A stretch of 64,000 bases of DNA from an uncultured virus (IMG/VR IMGVR_UViG_3300013497_000039). Taxonomy: Duplodnaviria > Heunggongvirae > Uroviricota > Caudoviricetes. Made by a program: the position numbers and the translations under genes. Each line of letters starts with the position of its first letter. Positions within the stretch are counted from its first letter, which is position 1. Below the pieces are notes generated by a model. The model saw only the letters and a program-made list of their open reading frames with translations, was not told the origin of the DNA and searched no databases. The DNA lies in IMG/VR virus record IMGVR_UViG_3300013497_000039, positions 1 to 64,000 of that record. One strand, 5' to 3'. Of this stretch, positions 36,928 to 47,084 are shown in pieces.

Positions 36928-37902
36928 TTATTCAGTGAAAAATCCGTCAAAAATACCTGTCTCCGATTTCTGAACCTGATTTGGTTCATCACCTTCTTTG
37001 CTACGGGGCAGGGCGCGGGATTTTTCAATTTTTTCAAGTCTTTCATTAATTGGTTTAACAGCTTCTGATATGGCAGATTTTACAACCTCTGCAATATTTC
37101 CATCTGCAGCTTCTTCCTCTGCAGTCTCATCCGTATCTGACTTTTCAATCTTATCAAGCCTTTCTGTGATTGGCTTTAAGATATCCTCCAGAGCTTCTTT
37201 CATAACATTAGTCAATTCTTCTTTTTTCACTTCTCCATCCTCCTTCTTACCATCGGGTTTCTCATTGCCTTCCTTGTTTTTTTCTTCATCCGGATTATCT
37301 TCCGGATTTTTTGGCCCTTCTGCTTCTTCGATAACTGCTGACAAAGCCTTTTGTGCATCCCTAAGCGCAGTTAAATTTTTTGAGGAAACTTTCTTTCCGG
37401 ATTTTTCAATAACAGAATCCGGCACATCAAAAAAAGCAGCACTTTTGGCAATTGTTGAAACATTCACCTTATCTTTCATATAGGCGGAATATTCATCAAC
37501 AGCCTGGAGCAATGCTGCTTTTTTATCTGTAATTTCTTCATTGCTTATAATATCACGCATTACCGATCGCAGTGTGTCGTTTGCTCTCCACATGTTTTCT
37601 GTGATATCATTTACGGCCATCATACTGGCAAAGGTCTTCTTGGAAGTTTTCTTTGCAGTATCATCCGCTTTTTGAACCTTTCCTTTGTTGGAAAAGTAAG
37701 ATTTTAAGACTTCCAGAAGCCCCTGGGCTTCCTCATCTCCATCTGCTTCCTCTGAATCATCGGCTTTGTAAATCTGAATTTTCTGACCGTTTGCACCTTT
37801 TCGTACCAAAGAAATCAGATCGATGTCCATATCACTCATTTCACCTGGTATGATTTTTGGCTGCTTTGCAGCTTTCATAATTTTTCTAATCATCTTTCTC
37901 AC
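36928..37902 (-). CDS. Capsid scaffold-like protein
   Basis: ISLVRKGAN N-terminus, repeated ERL.KIEKS coiled coils. Confidence 0.7.
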   Translation of the reverse strand: MRKMIRKIMKAAKQPKIIPGEMSDMDIDLISLVRKGANGQKIQIYKADDSEEADGDEEAQGLLEVLKSYFSNKGKVQKADDTAKKTSKKTFASMMAVNDITENMWRANDTLRSVMRDIISNEEITDKKAALLQAVDEYSAYMKDKVNVSTIAKSAAFFDVPDSVIEKSGKKVSSKNLTALRDAQKALSAVIEEAEGPKNPEDNPDEEKNKEGNEKPDGKKEDGEVKKEELTNVMKEALEDILKPITERLDKIEKSDTDETAEEEAADGNIAEVVKSAISEAVKPINERLEKIEKSRALPRSKEGDEPNQVQKSETGIFDGFFTE

Positions 37903-38338
37903 CTCCTTTCGATGTGTCTATTTTTGCAGTTCCACCAATAGAAAAACCTTCGATTTCACCTTTCTCAATCTCCTTCCAGCATTCGTTGTCAGTAACCTCA
38001 ACAGCAGCAACCCAATCACCTTTTGAAGCGTTTATATCCGGTATATCTGACATTGCTATATAGCTTTCAATTACCACTCCATATCCCGGCTTTTCATTGT
38101 GCTGCTTATCGATTCCGACCTTTCCGATAAGTTTCTTTTGCTGTAGCTTTTTATTAAAATTATGGCAAGCTTTTTTTACCTCTTCCTCAGTTGCCCAATT
38201 TCCATGAGAGTCAATATTATCCAGTGGCTTTCCATTAGCGTCAAAAGTCTTTGATGCTTTGTAAACTACACCAATTACCGTCTTTGCCACATTATCCACT
38301 TTTGCGATTGGTATGACAGAAGAAATAACATCACCCAA
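37886..38338 (-). CDS. XkdF-like prohead serine protease
   Basis: V.GVVY, DSHG, D.QH, VIESYI, KGEIEGFSIGG. Confidence 0.85.
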   Translation of the reverse strand: MGDVISSVIPIAKVDNVAKTVIGVVYKASKTFDANGKPLDNIDSHGNWATEEEVKKACHNFNKKLQQKKLIGKVGIDKQHNEKPGYGVVIESYIAMSDIPDINASKGDWVAAVEVTDNECWKEIEKGEIEGFSIGGTAKIDTSKGGEKDD

Positions 38339-38340
38339 AG

Positions 38341-39390
38341 CTATCCCCTCCCTTTCATCTTATATTTCAGTACTGATTTCATGGTACACCGGCAGTTTAT
38401 AACATTTTCAGCGCTGGCCCCCATTGATGTGTCTCCTGGGTGCATGAGCTTTTCACCATCTACAACAAAAGGCTCATCCAATGCTACTATCTGGCCGTTA
38501 GCCTTTTTATGAGATTTTCTGCTATTATCACTCATGGCACAGAGCCATTGCTTACCACCAATTACATCACTTTGCCGCCAGCCCTCCAGAGTTGCTGAAT
38601 TGGTTGTGCCTATGGTTTCGGTTCTGGCTATCCGCCTTGCCCTGTAATGTTCAAAGCATGCCTGCTGTTCAATTTCCCGAGACATTTTATTATACAGGTC
38701 AATATCCGTAACTCCGGTAAGATTTTTTTGCTTCTGGTTCAAGCCTGCCTGCCTGAAAAAATCCGGAAGAACAGTAAGCAAGTCTTCGGATCCGCTTATG
38801 ATACCATTGGCGCCGGTCAGCGTGTTTTTTAAAGATTTTATAACTGCATTATGGGTCGCTTCTGTAACTTCCTGTGCAAACTTGATTTTATGCGCTTCCA
38901 ACCACTTTACAGCCAAATCCGTTAATGTCATTTCCGGACCAAGCTTAGAACCTTCAACAGATCTGGCACAGCTTTCAGCAACTCCGGGAAAAACGGAATC
39001 CGCATAGGCTGCATATATTTCTTCCAACTGCTCTATTCTCCGTTTGTCATTCGCAAAAACAAAATCCGTTATCACTTCTACAAACTGATCCAGTATGTCT
39101 TCCGGTATTCCGTCTGCTTTTTTAACCTTTATGCGGTATTTTATCTTTCTGCTTTTAAGATAGGAAGGCAGCTCTTTCATAGCCTTTAAATAGTCTTTTT
39201 TTTCAGCAATAAAAAAAGCCTGAAGTTTTTTCTCAAGCTCTTCCAATCCCTTTAATGCAATTTTCTTTTGTTCCTTTGTGAGATTGCCAAAAGAATTTAT
39301 AAATACTTCGTTTTCCTTGTCGATTTTTTGAAGTACATTTTCAATAGATTTTGCTATTGATAAAAGAACTGTTCTTTTCTTAGGATGCAT
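38341..39390 (-). CDS. Minor head protein (Mu gpF/SPP1 gp7-like)
   Basis: RARRIARTE, R.SH, HPGD, INCRC. Confidence 0.88.
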   Translation of the reverse strand: MHPKKRTVLLSIAKSIENVLQKIDKENEVFINSFGNLTKEQKKIALKGLEELEKKLQAFFIAEKKDYLKAMKELPSYLKSRKIKYRIKVKKADGIPEDILDQFVEVITDFVFANDKRRIEQLEEIYAAYADSVFPGVAESCARSVEGSKLGPEMTLTDLAVKWLEAHKIKFAQEVTEATHNAVIKSLKNTLTGANGIISGSEDLLTVLPDFFRQAGLNQKQKNLTGVTDIDLYNKMSREIEQQACFEHYRARRIARTETIGTTNSATLEGWRQSDVIGGKQWLCAMSDNSRKSHKKANGQIVALDEPFVVDGEKLMHPGDTSMGASAENVINCRCTMKSVLKYKMKGRG

Positions 39391-41017
39391 CTGAAAGCGC
39401 CTCCTCTATTGCGATTTGCAAGCCTTTTAATATCCCGACTATACTTTCTATGCTTTCTGACTTTTCTATGTCCTTTTGGTCATTTTCAAGCCCTACAGCA
39501 CCAGGATTCATTTGTCCTTCACTTCCAAATCCATTGTTTTGACCTGCTTCCAGTTCCATTTCTTTAAGTAATAATTGTAGGGGTTTATCGGCCCATTCAC
39601 CCTCAAAAGCCTCAAATGACTTGCCAAGCAAATCTCCAAGAGCATCTATAAGCATATTGGGAGAGGCAGCTCCAGCCTGCACATAAGGTGTAATTGCTGT
39701 GGCAATCTCCGCCTTATCTGAAATAGTGGGTGCCACAAACTTCATACTTACCTGGTTGATTTCCAGTACCCTTTTAAGAGTATTGTTAAATTTAAAGGCA
39801 ATATCTTCACGCTCTGGTTGAAACACCTGTTCCTCTGTGACCTGCCTTGCCGTATCAGCAGTAGCCCTCGTGTAATCCTGGCTTTCTCCGGTGTATATCG
39901 GGTGAAGTCGAAAGGCGGAACGAATCTTATCACGATTGTTTTTACAATAGTCCTGAAAGAGTCCGTCTTTTTCCAGCATTTCAGCAAGCTTTTCAAGACG
40001 AATTCCTACTTTTGACTTGTCTTCATCATCGCCTATGGTGACAGCCTTTTCCACTCCCTCAGCTTCCAGTATCAAATACTTGTGCCTGGCTTTATCTCCT
40101 TTTGAATCAGAAATATTTTTTACGGAATCATCTGTCAGTTTTCCATTCTCCACTATAATAGCCATGGGCATATGCCGGCCATCTAAAAAGTAAGTATAGT
40201 TTAATTCCTCTGCCTTTCTATTTCCCTGAATATTTAATAGCTGACCTATGTACCTCGGAAGCCCGTAAGGTGTGTACGGACAATAAATACTGAAGAACAT
40301 AATGCTTGTGGCTTTATCCTCATCCGGAGTATTATCATCATAGAGCCCTGTTTTGCAATTTAAAGTTCTTGGATCTCCAAATTCTTTAAAGTAGACCTTC
40401 TGACTATCCACGATCTGAACAAACTTTCTGAACTTTTTCATAATGGTAATTTCAATCATTTGGCCATCATCGTTTGGGACCATTGTTTTTACCATAATGG
40501 CTTTTCTTTCCCTTTTGCACAAGCGCACTTTATGCGCAGGTATGTGTTCCAAACCTGCAGGCCTTCCAATAGCATCCTCAATAACCTCTAAAGTTCCCCA
40601 ACCGATACGCTCCCTATCATCAACCACCTTTTTCATGATTTCCGTATAGCTTTCATCAAAATTGCAGTATTTGAAGAAATTTTCATATCTGCCCCATTCT
40701 TTGTCCAGAGCCGCCTGGATTCCTTCATTCTGTTTATCCACGTCAACATCATAATCAAAATCCACACCAAATCCTACAATGTTGGTCTTGTAGGCATCTA
40801 TACATTGCTGCAAAATATCACTATTTTCAGAAAGCCTTGTTAATTGCTCCGGATTATAAAGCGGCTCCAGAACCGCCCCATCTTCATATAGGCCGTGAAA
40901 TTCATCTTCATCAACAGCCTTACTTTCCATGATAGATACACGCTCTTCGGATATAGCCTTAATAACAACCGAATTATGGATACGCTTTTTCTCTTCCTGC
41001 TCTTGTACTTCTTCCAT
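39380..41017 (-). CDS. Portal protein (PBSX family)
   Basis: YFKEFGDPR, YGLPRY, IRSAFRL.PIYTG. Confidence 0.9.
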   Translation of the reverse strand: MEEVQEQEEKKRIHNSVVIKAISEERVSIMESKAVDEDEFHGLYEDGAVLEPLYNPEQLTRLSENSDILQQCIDAYKTNIVGFGVDFDYDVDVDKQNEGIQAALDKEWGRYENFFKYCNFDESYTEIMKKVVDDRERIGWGTLEVIEDAIGRPAGLEHIPAHKVRLCKRERKAIMVKTMVPNDDGQMIEITIMKKFRKFVQIVDSQKVYFKEFGDPRTLNCKTGLYDDNTPDEDKATSIMFFSIYCPYTPYGLPRYIGQLLNIQGNRKAEELNYTYFLDGRHMPMAIIVENGKLTDDSVKNISDSKGDKARHKYLILEAEGVEKAVTIGDDEDKSKVGIRLEKLAEMLEKDGLFQDYCKNNRDKIRSAFRLHPIYTGESQDYTRATADTARQVTEEQVFQPEREDIAFKFNNTLKRVLEINQVSMKFVAPTISDKAEIATAITPYVQAGAASPNMLIDALGDLLGKSFEAFEGEWADKPLQLLLKEMELEAGQNNGFGSEGQMNPGAVGLENDQKDIEKSESIESIVGILKGLQIAIEEALSDAS

Positions 41018-41037
41018 GATTTCCCTCCTTCCTGTAA

Positions 41038-42456
41038 TTATTTTTTCTTATATACTGGCATACAGGCTAATGCCACCGCATCCGCTCTGTCCGGGGAGGT
41101 CAATCCCCTCTTTTTCAATTCGTCTTTACTTTCAAGCCTTTGCTTACCATTAGACAGGAAAGTATATTTACGGGTAGAAAACTCACCTACCAAAATAGAA
41201 TCATCTGGAATTTTTACTTCCTCATTCTCCAGAAGGTCCCTGACATTCGCCCACATCCAAGTTACAATATCATCGTAATACCTTGCCGACTTTGTTTTAG
41301 GTGCCTTCTTGGCAAAATTCACCGGAACTACAACCATCTTATCCAACTTTTCTTCCGGATCCCTTTGCAGCTCTTTCAATCGGTCGCTTACTCCGCCACC
41401 AACTCCAGTATCATCAATTTTTATATAAATGTAATCTTCATACTTCGGGTACTTTTCAAGTAAATCTCGATACACGCGAACTATATCACCGGCAGTTTTC
41501 ATTGTATCCTGTCCATGACGAACCAGGAACTCCGGAATAACCTTATCAATCTTTTGAGCTATTACAGTGTTATCATCACCAAATCGGGCAACGTCCACGC
41601 CTATATCTATACGGTCAGGAGTATACTCCTCTTCTTCTCCCAGGTCTACTTCAAGAGTTACAGAAGCCTCCAGAAGCTGCAGAGCAATAAACACATCATC
41701 TTCCTGCTTCGGAAATAAGCCCCGGATACGCACCCGCACAACATTGCTATCATAGCCAAATCGGTCAACCAAAGCTTTAATATTGTCTTTGTTTGTACGG
41801 GGGCTGTCTTCAGAGGAAACAGTATGACACCGGTACATCCATCTGGAAGAGTAAAAAGCATCATAAAAGGTACCACTGGTTTTGGTGGGGTTGCCGCACA
41901 TGAGCAGCTTGTTATTTCCACCAGATAAGGTACCCAGGATTGCTTCCATAATCGGATCTGCCACACCGGAGGCTTCATCAATAATAAAAAGCATATTATC
42001 TTCATGGAAGCCTTGCATATTCTCCGGTTTCGTAGCTGTCCTTGCAGTAGCAAACCAGCGTTTTTCATGGCCCCGGAGGTAGATGTATGTTTTTGTCCAC
42101 TTTAAAAGAGCGCTCAATAAAGGAGAGCGTTCCTGCCACTTTGAGACCTCCGACCAGAGGACATCATGGAGCTGTTGCTTTGTGGGTGCTGTAGCGACAA
42201 CACGGGAATATGGAAAACAGGTTAAAAACCACAGTAGTGCAACCGCTTCAATACCCGTCTTTCCGACACCCTGGCCGGACTTGATTGCAACCTTAGGATT
42301 TTCTGCAAGGTCTAACAATGCTTCCTTTTGCCACTTATCTGGTTCAAACAGCAGCACTTCCCTTGCGAAAAGAATCGGATCCTTTTTGTAAAGAGGAATT
42401 CTTTCACTAAAAAACCGGCGTCTTAGTAAAGCAGCATTCTTATTCATCCGCTTCAC
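41038..42456 (-). CDS. terL: Terminase large subunit
   Basis: SGQGVGKT, IIDEASG, GNPT, GVDVARFGDD, SPDRADA. Confidence 0.95.
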   Translation of the reverse strand: MKRMNKNAALLRRRFFSERIPLYKKDPILFAREVLLFEPDKWQKEALLDLAENPKVAIKSGQGVGKTGIEAVALLWFLTCFPYSRVVATAPTKQQLHDVLWSEVSKWQERSPLLSALLKWTKTYIYLRGHEKRWFATARTATKPENMQGFHEDNMLFIIDEASGVADPIMEAILGTLSGGNNKLLMCGNPTKTSGTFYDAFYSSRWMYRCHTVSSEDSPRTNKDNIKALVDRFGYDSNVVRVRIRGLFPKQEDDVFIALQLLEASVTLEVDLGEEEEYTPDRIDIGVDVARFGDDNTVIAQKIDKVIPEFLVRHGQDTMKTAGDIVRVYRDLLEKYPKYEDYIYIKIDDTGVGGGVSDRLKELQRDPEEKLDKMVVVPVNFAKKAPKTKSARYYDDIVTWMWANVRDLLENEEVKIPDDSILVGEFSTRKYTFLSNGKQRLESKDELKKRGLTSPDRADAVALACMPVYKKK

Positions 42457-43255
42457 CTTCTTCCGGTATTTCTCCCATTATGCTGGCAATCCAATCATCA
42501 ACCAGTTCATTGCCTTTTCCAGCACCGTCCAGCTTGCGGTTTTCAAGCCTCCAACGTATCAAAGAGTCTATAGCCTTGGTCTTTTTGCTTTGTATGCTGG
42601 TAAGCTCCTTTTCCAATCTGGTAATTAAGTCAACCGTAGCCCCTGTATTCGTTTGAGCACTATAGCTTTGTCCCGGAAGCCTCTCACCGCTTTTTACCTT
42701 TTTCAGGATGACTTCTTTATATAGCTGCTCTTCTTCCGGATCCTTAAACTTCCGTTTGTCCTCAATACTGGAAACCCCTGAAACATATTGTCCGCCTTTC
42801 ACTTCCGTATATTTTTTTATCAGCCACATTAGGCGCCGTTCACGGATTGCAAAAAGCTGAATCTGTTCAATAAGAAGTTCCTCTTCACCGGTTGGAGCTC
42901 CCTCTATCATTTCCCTCTCTTCATCAGAAAGAGCATCCCAATAAACCGCCGAATATCCGCCATGCTTTAAAGCGTTCTGATTCCTTTCAGGAGCCCCGGC
43001 CCCCTTCGCATTTTGATTTCCAGGAGGTGCACCCTTTTTACTTTTTGTGGGTGCATCCTTTTTGCTTGCGGGTGCACCCTCTTCTACATCAATCTTTTTG
43101 GATTTCTCACGCTTTATCCATGACTTGATAGTATTAATGGAAACACCTGTTTTTTCAGATAATTCCTTAGGTTTGATACCTTTTTGATATTCAGCCAAAA
43201 CCTGTTCTTTTACGTTTTCATTCGTAGGCGCCCTTGTCTCATTCACCAACACCAC
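42440..43255 (-). CDS. terS: Terminase small subunit
   Basis: N-terminal HTH, GAPPGNQNA...NALKHG. Confidence 0.88.
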   Translation of the reverse strand: MVLVNETRAPTNENVKEQVLAEYQKGIKPKELSEKTGVSINTIKSWIKREKSKKIDVEEGAPASKKDAPTKSKKGAPPGNQNAKGAGAPERNQNALKHGGYSAVYWDALSDEEREMIEGAPTGEEELLIEQIQLFAIRERRLMWLIKKYTEVKGGQYVSGVSSIEDKRKFKDPEEEQLYKEVILKKVKSGERLPGQSYSAQTNTGATVDLITRLEKELTSIQSKKTKAIDSLIRWRLENRKLDGAGKGNELVDDWIASIMGEIPEEGEADE

Positions 43256-43339
43256 CTCACTATTTGTTTGTTTCGTATTTTCAGGAGGGGCTAAGGGTGC
43301 CTCCTCTGCATAAAAATGTATTAATATATGTTATCCAGG

Positions 43340-43924
43340 TCACAATTTGGTAATAAATTCCGCATTACTATACCCATCATAGCCTTTGGTAAGCATATTC
43401 AAAAAGTCTTCCTTGGTAAACTCAGATAATCGGAATATTTCCTCCGGTTTCATTCCAAGTTGCTTTCCGATTTCCTGTACCGTTTTCCCTTCTCCCATGA
43501 GCCTCTTTACAATTGCCTTCATAGGCTCCAGAAGATGGGTGCCTCTGGCCCGGTTATGGGTTACGGTACCGTATATATACATGCTTTCGTCAAGCTGAGA
43601 AACAGTAACAATCGGCACCTGACCTCCGGTTCTCTCAAAAAGAGATTTCCGGGAGGTATCATATCCAAGCTTTCCCCATTCCTCATCCGTAAAGCCAGGA
43701 ACAAACGTCCATTCAGGACCGAATACCGTATATCTGTGGAATCCGTCAATAATGGTATTGTCCGGCCTGCAGACAATAGGTAACGTAAAGCCATTTACAA
43801 AAATAGATGTGGTCAGCAGCTCTAAATTCTGCCTCGAAACTTTGTTCGGGTTGTAGTCATTTGGAATAAGTGACTTTCTATCAACCCATTTTAACCCTTT
43901 TAAAGGATTCCATAATTTATCCAT
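43340..43924 (-). CDS. ParB/Srx-domain protein (IbrB-like)
   Basis: PNDYNPNKV, GFTLPIV, IIDGFHR, TVTHNRARG.H. Confidence 0.85.
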   Translation of the reverse strand: MDKLWNPLKGLKWVDRKSLIPNDYNPNKVSRQNLELLTTSIFVNGFTLPIVCRPDNTIIDGFHRYTVFGPEWTFVPGFTDEEWGKLGYDTSRKSLFERTGGQVPIVTVSQLDESMYIYGTVTHNRARGTHLLEPMKAIVKRLMGEGKTVQEIGKQLGMKPEEIFRLSEFTKEDFLNMLTKGYDGYSNAEFITKL

Positions 43925-45080
43925 GCTTCATCGCCTCCGCTTTCTTCGCTTCCGAAATATACTTTCCATAAATCCGCTGATATAGAGCTCTGTAGGTCCT
44001 AAGCTTTGGATCCCCTGAAATCAGTCCTTCATAGATTGCCTTAAAGTCCCTCGCATCCGCTATTGCAGACACGCACATAAAAAAATTGCGGTATCTCTCC
44101 GCAACCTTCCGCTTGTGTTTTGTGGTAAAATAAGAATCCATGTTTCCGAACATTTTTATCAGTTCCGCTTTATAATCTTTCAACGGCACCTTGCTTTCCA
44201 TTTCTTTGCGTTTACGGGAATTGCGACCAAACATTTCACTATCCCAATAGAGAGCTGCCAGATAAGCATTGGGTTCTCTCTTTATTACCCGATCCATAAG
44301 ATCAGGATAGTACTCATTCATTTTAACCAGGGACTTGGCCGTATCAACTGAAAAAAACTGTGATACCCTAAGCTGCCCCCGGCCGGTACCAGACTGCCAT
44401 AGGTACAGATAAATATCCGGTATATCCACATGCTCCTGTAGCAGAAACAGCCAAACATCCTTATCTGTCCAGTCGTATATGGGAAAGACCTGGTGCTTAT
44501 TCGTCATTCCTTTTCCAGCCTTGTGCATTGCTGCGATATTTTGCAGACGCTGTACCGATTCCGCTGTTCTTATTCCAGTTATAGTAATTCCACTTACACA
44601 GGTTCTTGGAAGGAAATCCTGATAGGCGTCAATTCGCGGCCGGAGCAAGTGATGATTTCGAATAGCAAATGCCGGCGGCTGTCTTACCCATACTTCCTGC
44701 TTTGTGCTATCCCAACAGATAAAAGTTTCATCATTGGATAGTTCATTAAAACAGTTATAATGCTTTACTTCCAGACAGAACCACTCAAATTTAGCCCCAA
44801 GCATTATAAACTTCTTTCTCCATTCCTTAGTCTTCTGTTCCATACATGGGAATATTGCCTCTTCATCAATAAACTGGACCGTAAGCTGTGCCGGGTTGAT
44901 CTCTCCCCGCTGTGCCAGGTTAAAAATAATCTTGGCCATACACAAACTGTCCTTCCCACCGCTGAAGGACATAAATACTGGAAGACCATTCCGGAACACA
45001 TTCTTAATCCGGATCTCTGCCGCCTGAACAACATTAATACTGGCAGCACATCTTTTTATAGCCATATCTTTTCCCCGCAT
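43917..45080 (-). CDS. PAPS-reductase-like PP-loop protein (IbrA-like)
   Basis: SFSGGKDS, FIDEEA, GIRTAES..R, PIYDWTDKDVW, LRVSQ. Confidence 0.85.
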   Translation of the reverse strand: MRGKDMAIKRCAASINVVQAAEIRIKNVFRNGLPVFMSFSGGKDSLCMAKIIFNLAQRGEINPAQLTVQFIDEEAIFPCMEQKTKEWRKKFIMLGAKFEWFCLEVKHYNCFNELSNDETFICWDSTKQEVWVRQPPAFAIRNHHLLRPRIDAYQDFLPRTCVSGITITGIRTAESVQRLQNIAAMHKAGKGMTNKHQVFPIYDWTDKDVWLFLLQEHVDIPDIYLYLWQSGTGRGQLRVSQFFSVDTAKSLVKMNEYYPDLMDRVIKREPNAYLAALYWDSEMFGRNSRKRKEMESKVPLKDYKAELIKMFGNMDSYFTTKHKRKVAERYRNFFMCVSAIADARDFKAIYEGLISGDPKLRTYRALYQRIYGKYISEAKKAEAMKHG

Positions 45081-45721
45081 TTAGGGCATACAACAAACCT
45101 CTGTACTTCGGTGGGAGGTTCATTTTCCGTCTTTTCTCCTTCCGGCTCCCGGAAGGTCTGTTCCTGCACTGTATTGATTGTATTCCCCGGCGGGCTGCTG
45201 ATGGAACTTTCCAGTGCCTTCTGCTCCCTCTTCTCATTGTTTTCCCGGATACTTCTGATTTCCTCTTCATCCAAAGTACCGTACTCTGAAATCTTTTCCG
45301 TTACCTCATCCGCATCAGAAACCATCTGCCGTAAAATTTCTTCATCAAAACCAGGGATCTCCAAATCACCCTGCAGCTCCACCAAAAAATCATTCAGAGT
45401 ATCCAGGTTTTCGATTCCCAAAGAGAAGATTTTATTATCAGCTATCATAAGCTTTTTCTTTTGATTTTCAGTCAGGCCTGTATACTGATAGCACACTGCC
45501 TCTTTTCGGTCCATACGAAGCAATGTTTCATATAAACCGTTTCCGGCCAGGATAACATTATTTTCATCTATGACAATTGGCCGTATCTGTCCGAACATGT
45601 TTATGCTCTTCTCAAACTCTGCCAACTGCTTTTCCGTATGAATGCGAATATTCTTTTCTGGTCTTACCAGCTTTTCCAGTTTCAAGGTTACCGTTTTCAT
45701 TACCTCATCCTCCAAATTCAA
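45056..45721 (-). CDS. ParB N-terminal domain protein with C-terminal zinc ribbon
   Basis: N.R.H...Q, FGQIRPIVID, LAGNG, IADNK, CPKCG. Confidence 0.85.
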   Translation of the reverse strand: MNLEDEVMKTVTLKLEKLVRPEKNIRIHTEKQLAEFEKSINMFGQIRPIVIDENNVILAGNGLYETLLRMDRKEAVCYQYTGLTENQKKKLMIADNKIFSLGIENLDTLNDFLVELQGDLEIPGFDEEILRQMVSDADEVTEKISEYGTLDEEEIRSIRENNEKREQKALESSISSPPGNTINTVQEQTFREPEGEKTENEPPTEVQRFVVCPKCGEKIWL

Positions 45722-46292
45722 CGATTACACCTTCCTCCAGAATCTTAGAGCCTGTAAATTCCCGGCTACATAAATAATGGCAACCATCTACACTAAGTGC
45801 ATATAATGGCTGCCCCTTTCGGAAAGCTGTTATCTTGTTATCTTGAAGGATCAGCAGCGCCATAGGCTCCTCTGCCGATAATCGGGTGATGGTTTCTTTC
45901 ACACCAAACCGATTAATCAAATGACATATGATTTCACTATCGCATTCGCTTTTCAGCTCTGCGCCTATGCCTTCTGCTATCTGCAAATAGCTTCTGACAT
46001 TTCCATTGTGAGAAATTGCGGTATCCCCTATCCATATAGGTTGATTGTTAGCTGTGTTCGTAAAGCTTCCGCTTGTGGCCAACCGGCAGTTCCCAATTAT
46101 GGCATTAGTTTTAATTCCTTTGAATGCCCCCTTAGGATTGATTGCTTTTGAATGCAACTGCAAACAAATGTTCTCATCCTCTATCCAGGCAATTCCATAT
46201 GCTTGCGGCCCTCTCCTTAAAGCTTCCCCGGCAATCTCTTGTAAAAGCAGTTCGTCTATGGAATAACCGACTGCCCCGAAAATTCCACACAT
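45705..46292 (-). CDS. Class II (Ntn) glutamine amidotransferase
   Basis: MCGIFG N-terminus, RG, RLAT, NQP, HNG, DSE. Confidence 0.85.
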   Translation of the reverse strand: MCGIFGAVGYSIDELLLQEIAGEALRRGPQAYGIAWIEDENICLQLHSKAINPKGAFKGIKTNAIIGNCRLATSGSFTNTANNQPIWIGDTAISHNGNVRSYLQIAEGIGAELKSECDSEIICHLINRFGVKETITRLSAEEPMALLILQDNKITAFRKGQPLYALSVDGCHYLCSREFTGSKILEEGVIVEFGG

Positions 46293-47084
46293 CTACATCA
46301 CCCCGCCTTTCAAAAATTCCTTGGCGCTGGGTAAAAGCTGCGCTGCGCTCTCCACAATTGAGGGATCTATGGAATATACCTCTTTCCACCCCTCCGGTAT
46401 TGAACCGGTCCACTGCCTTGCCGGCCATGGGTGAGTTCCGCAATGATAACCGTTTGGCCAATGATAAAAAGGCGGCAGAGCTATGTTGTAATAGTGGATA
46501 AAAGCCAAAATATCCTCATGGCTCCAATCTGCCAAAGGACTAAAGCGGGTAACCCCCTTGCCATCTGTATAAATATTGCTCCCTTTTCCAACGTAATTTC
46601 CATCAGCTTTTCTCCTTCCGAGGAGAAGTATATCAAGTCCTTTGGCTTTATAATACTTTGCCTGGCCTCTATGCTGGACAATGTGAAACCATTGGGCTGC
46701 AATATTAGAGTTTTGAGGAAAGAGCATCTGCGGATGGACCGACAACCATTCCAGGTTCTGGCCTGTGTCAATCACTTCCAAGGAATCCGGCATATGATCC
46801 GTTACCCAGGAAAGGAATTCCCGGTACTCCAAATCACATATCACAAGAACACATTCCCTGATCCCCGCCATATAGCAAAGCTTTTCCAGAACCAGAGAAT
46901 CCTTTCCCCCGCTCCATGCAAATGCCGCATTCTTGCCACCAGCCTTTAAGCGTATGTCCTCAACAGTCTGCCTCACTTTTTCCTCAAGGTCACCTTTTGA
47001 TACAATGCAATCTATTTTTCTCATGACCTCAAACCAGGTATCATTACTGGCTTTCTGTTTCCTTCCAATCTTTTCATTTCCCAT
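46293..47084 (-). CDS. Second PAPS-reductase-like PP-loop protein
   Basis: AWSGGKDS, LGRRKADG, SPLADWSHEDI. Confidence 0.8.
   Translation of the reverse strand: MGNEKIGRKQKASNDTWFEVMRKIDCIVSKGDLEEKVRQTVEDIRLKAGGKNAAFAWSGGKDSLVLEKLCYMAGIRECVLVICDLEYREFLSWVTDHMPDSLEVIDTGQNLEWLSVHPQMLFPQNSNIAAQWFHIVQHRGQAKYYKAKGLDILLLGRRKADGNYVGKGSNIYTDGKGVTRFSPLADWSHEDILAFIHYYNIALPPFYHWPNGYHCGTHPWPARQWTGSIPEGWKEVYSIDPSIVESAAQLLPSAKEFLKGGVM

Noticed and set aside
36928..38338. Protease/scaffold split as a pseudogene
   Set aside because: Both ORFs are intact, overlapping and have their own RBS, consistent with a natural two-gene arrangement
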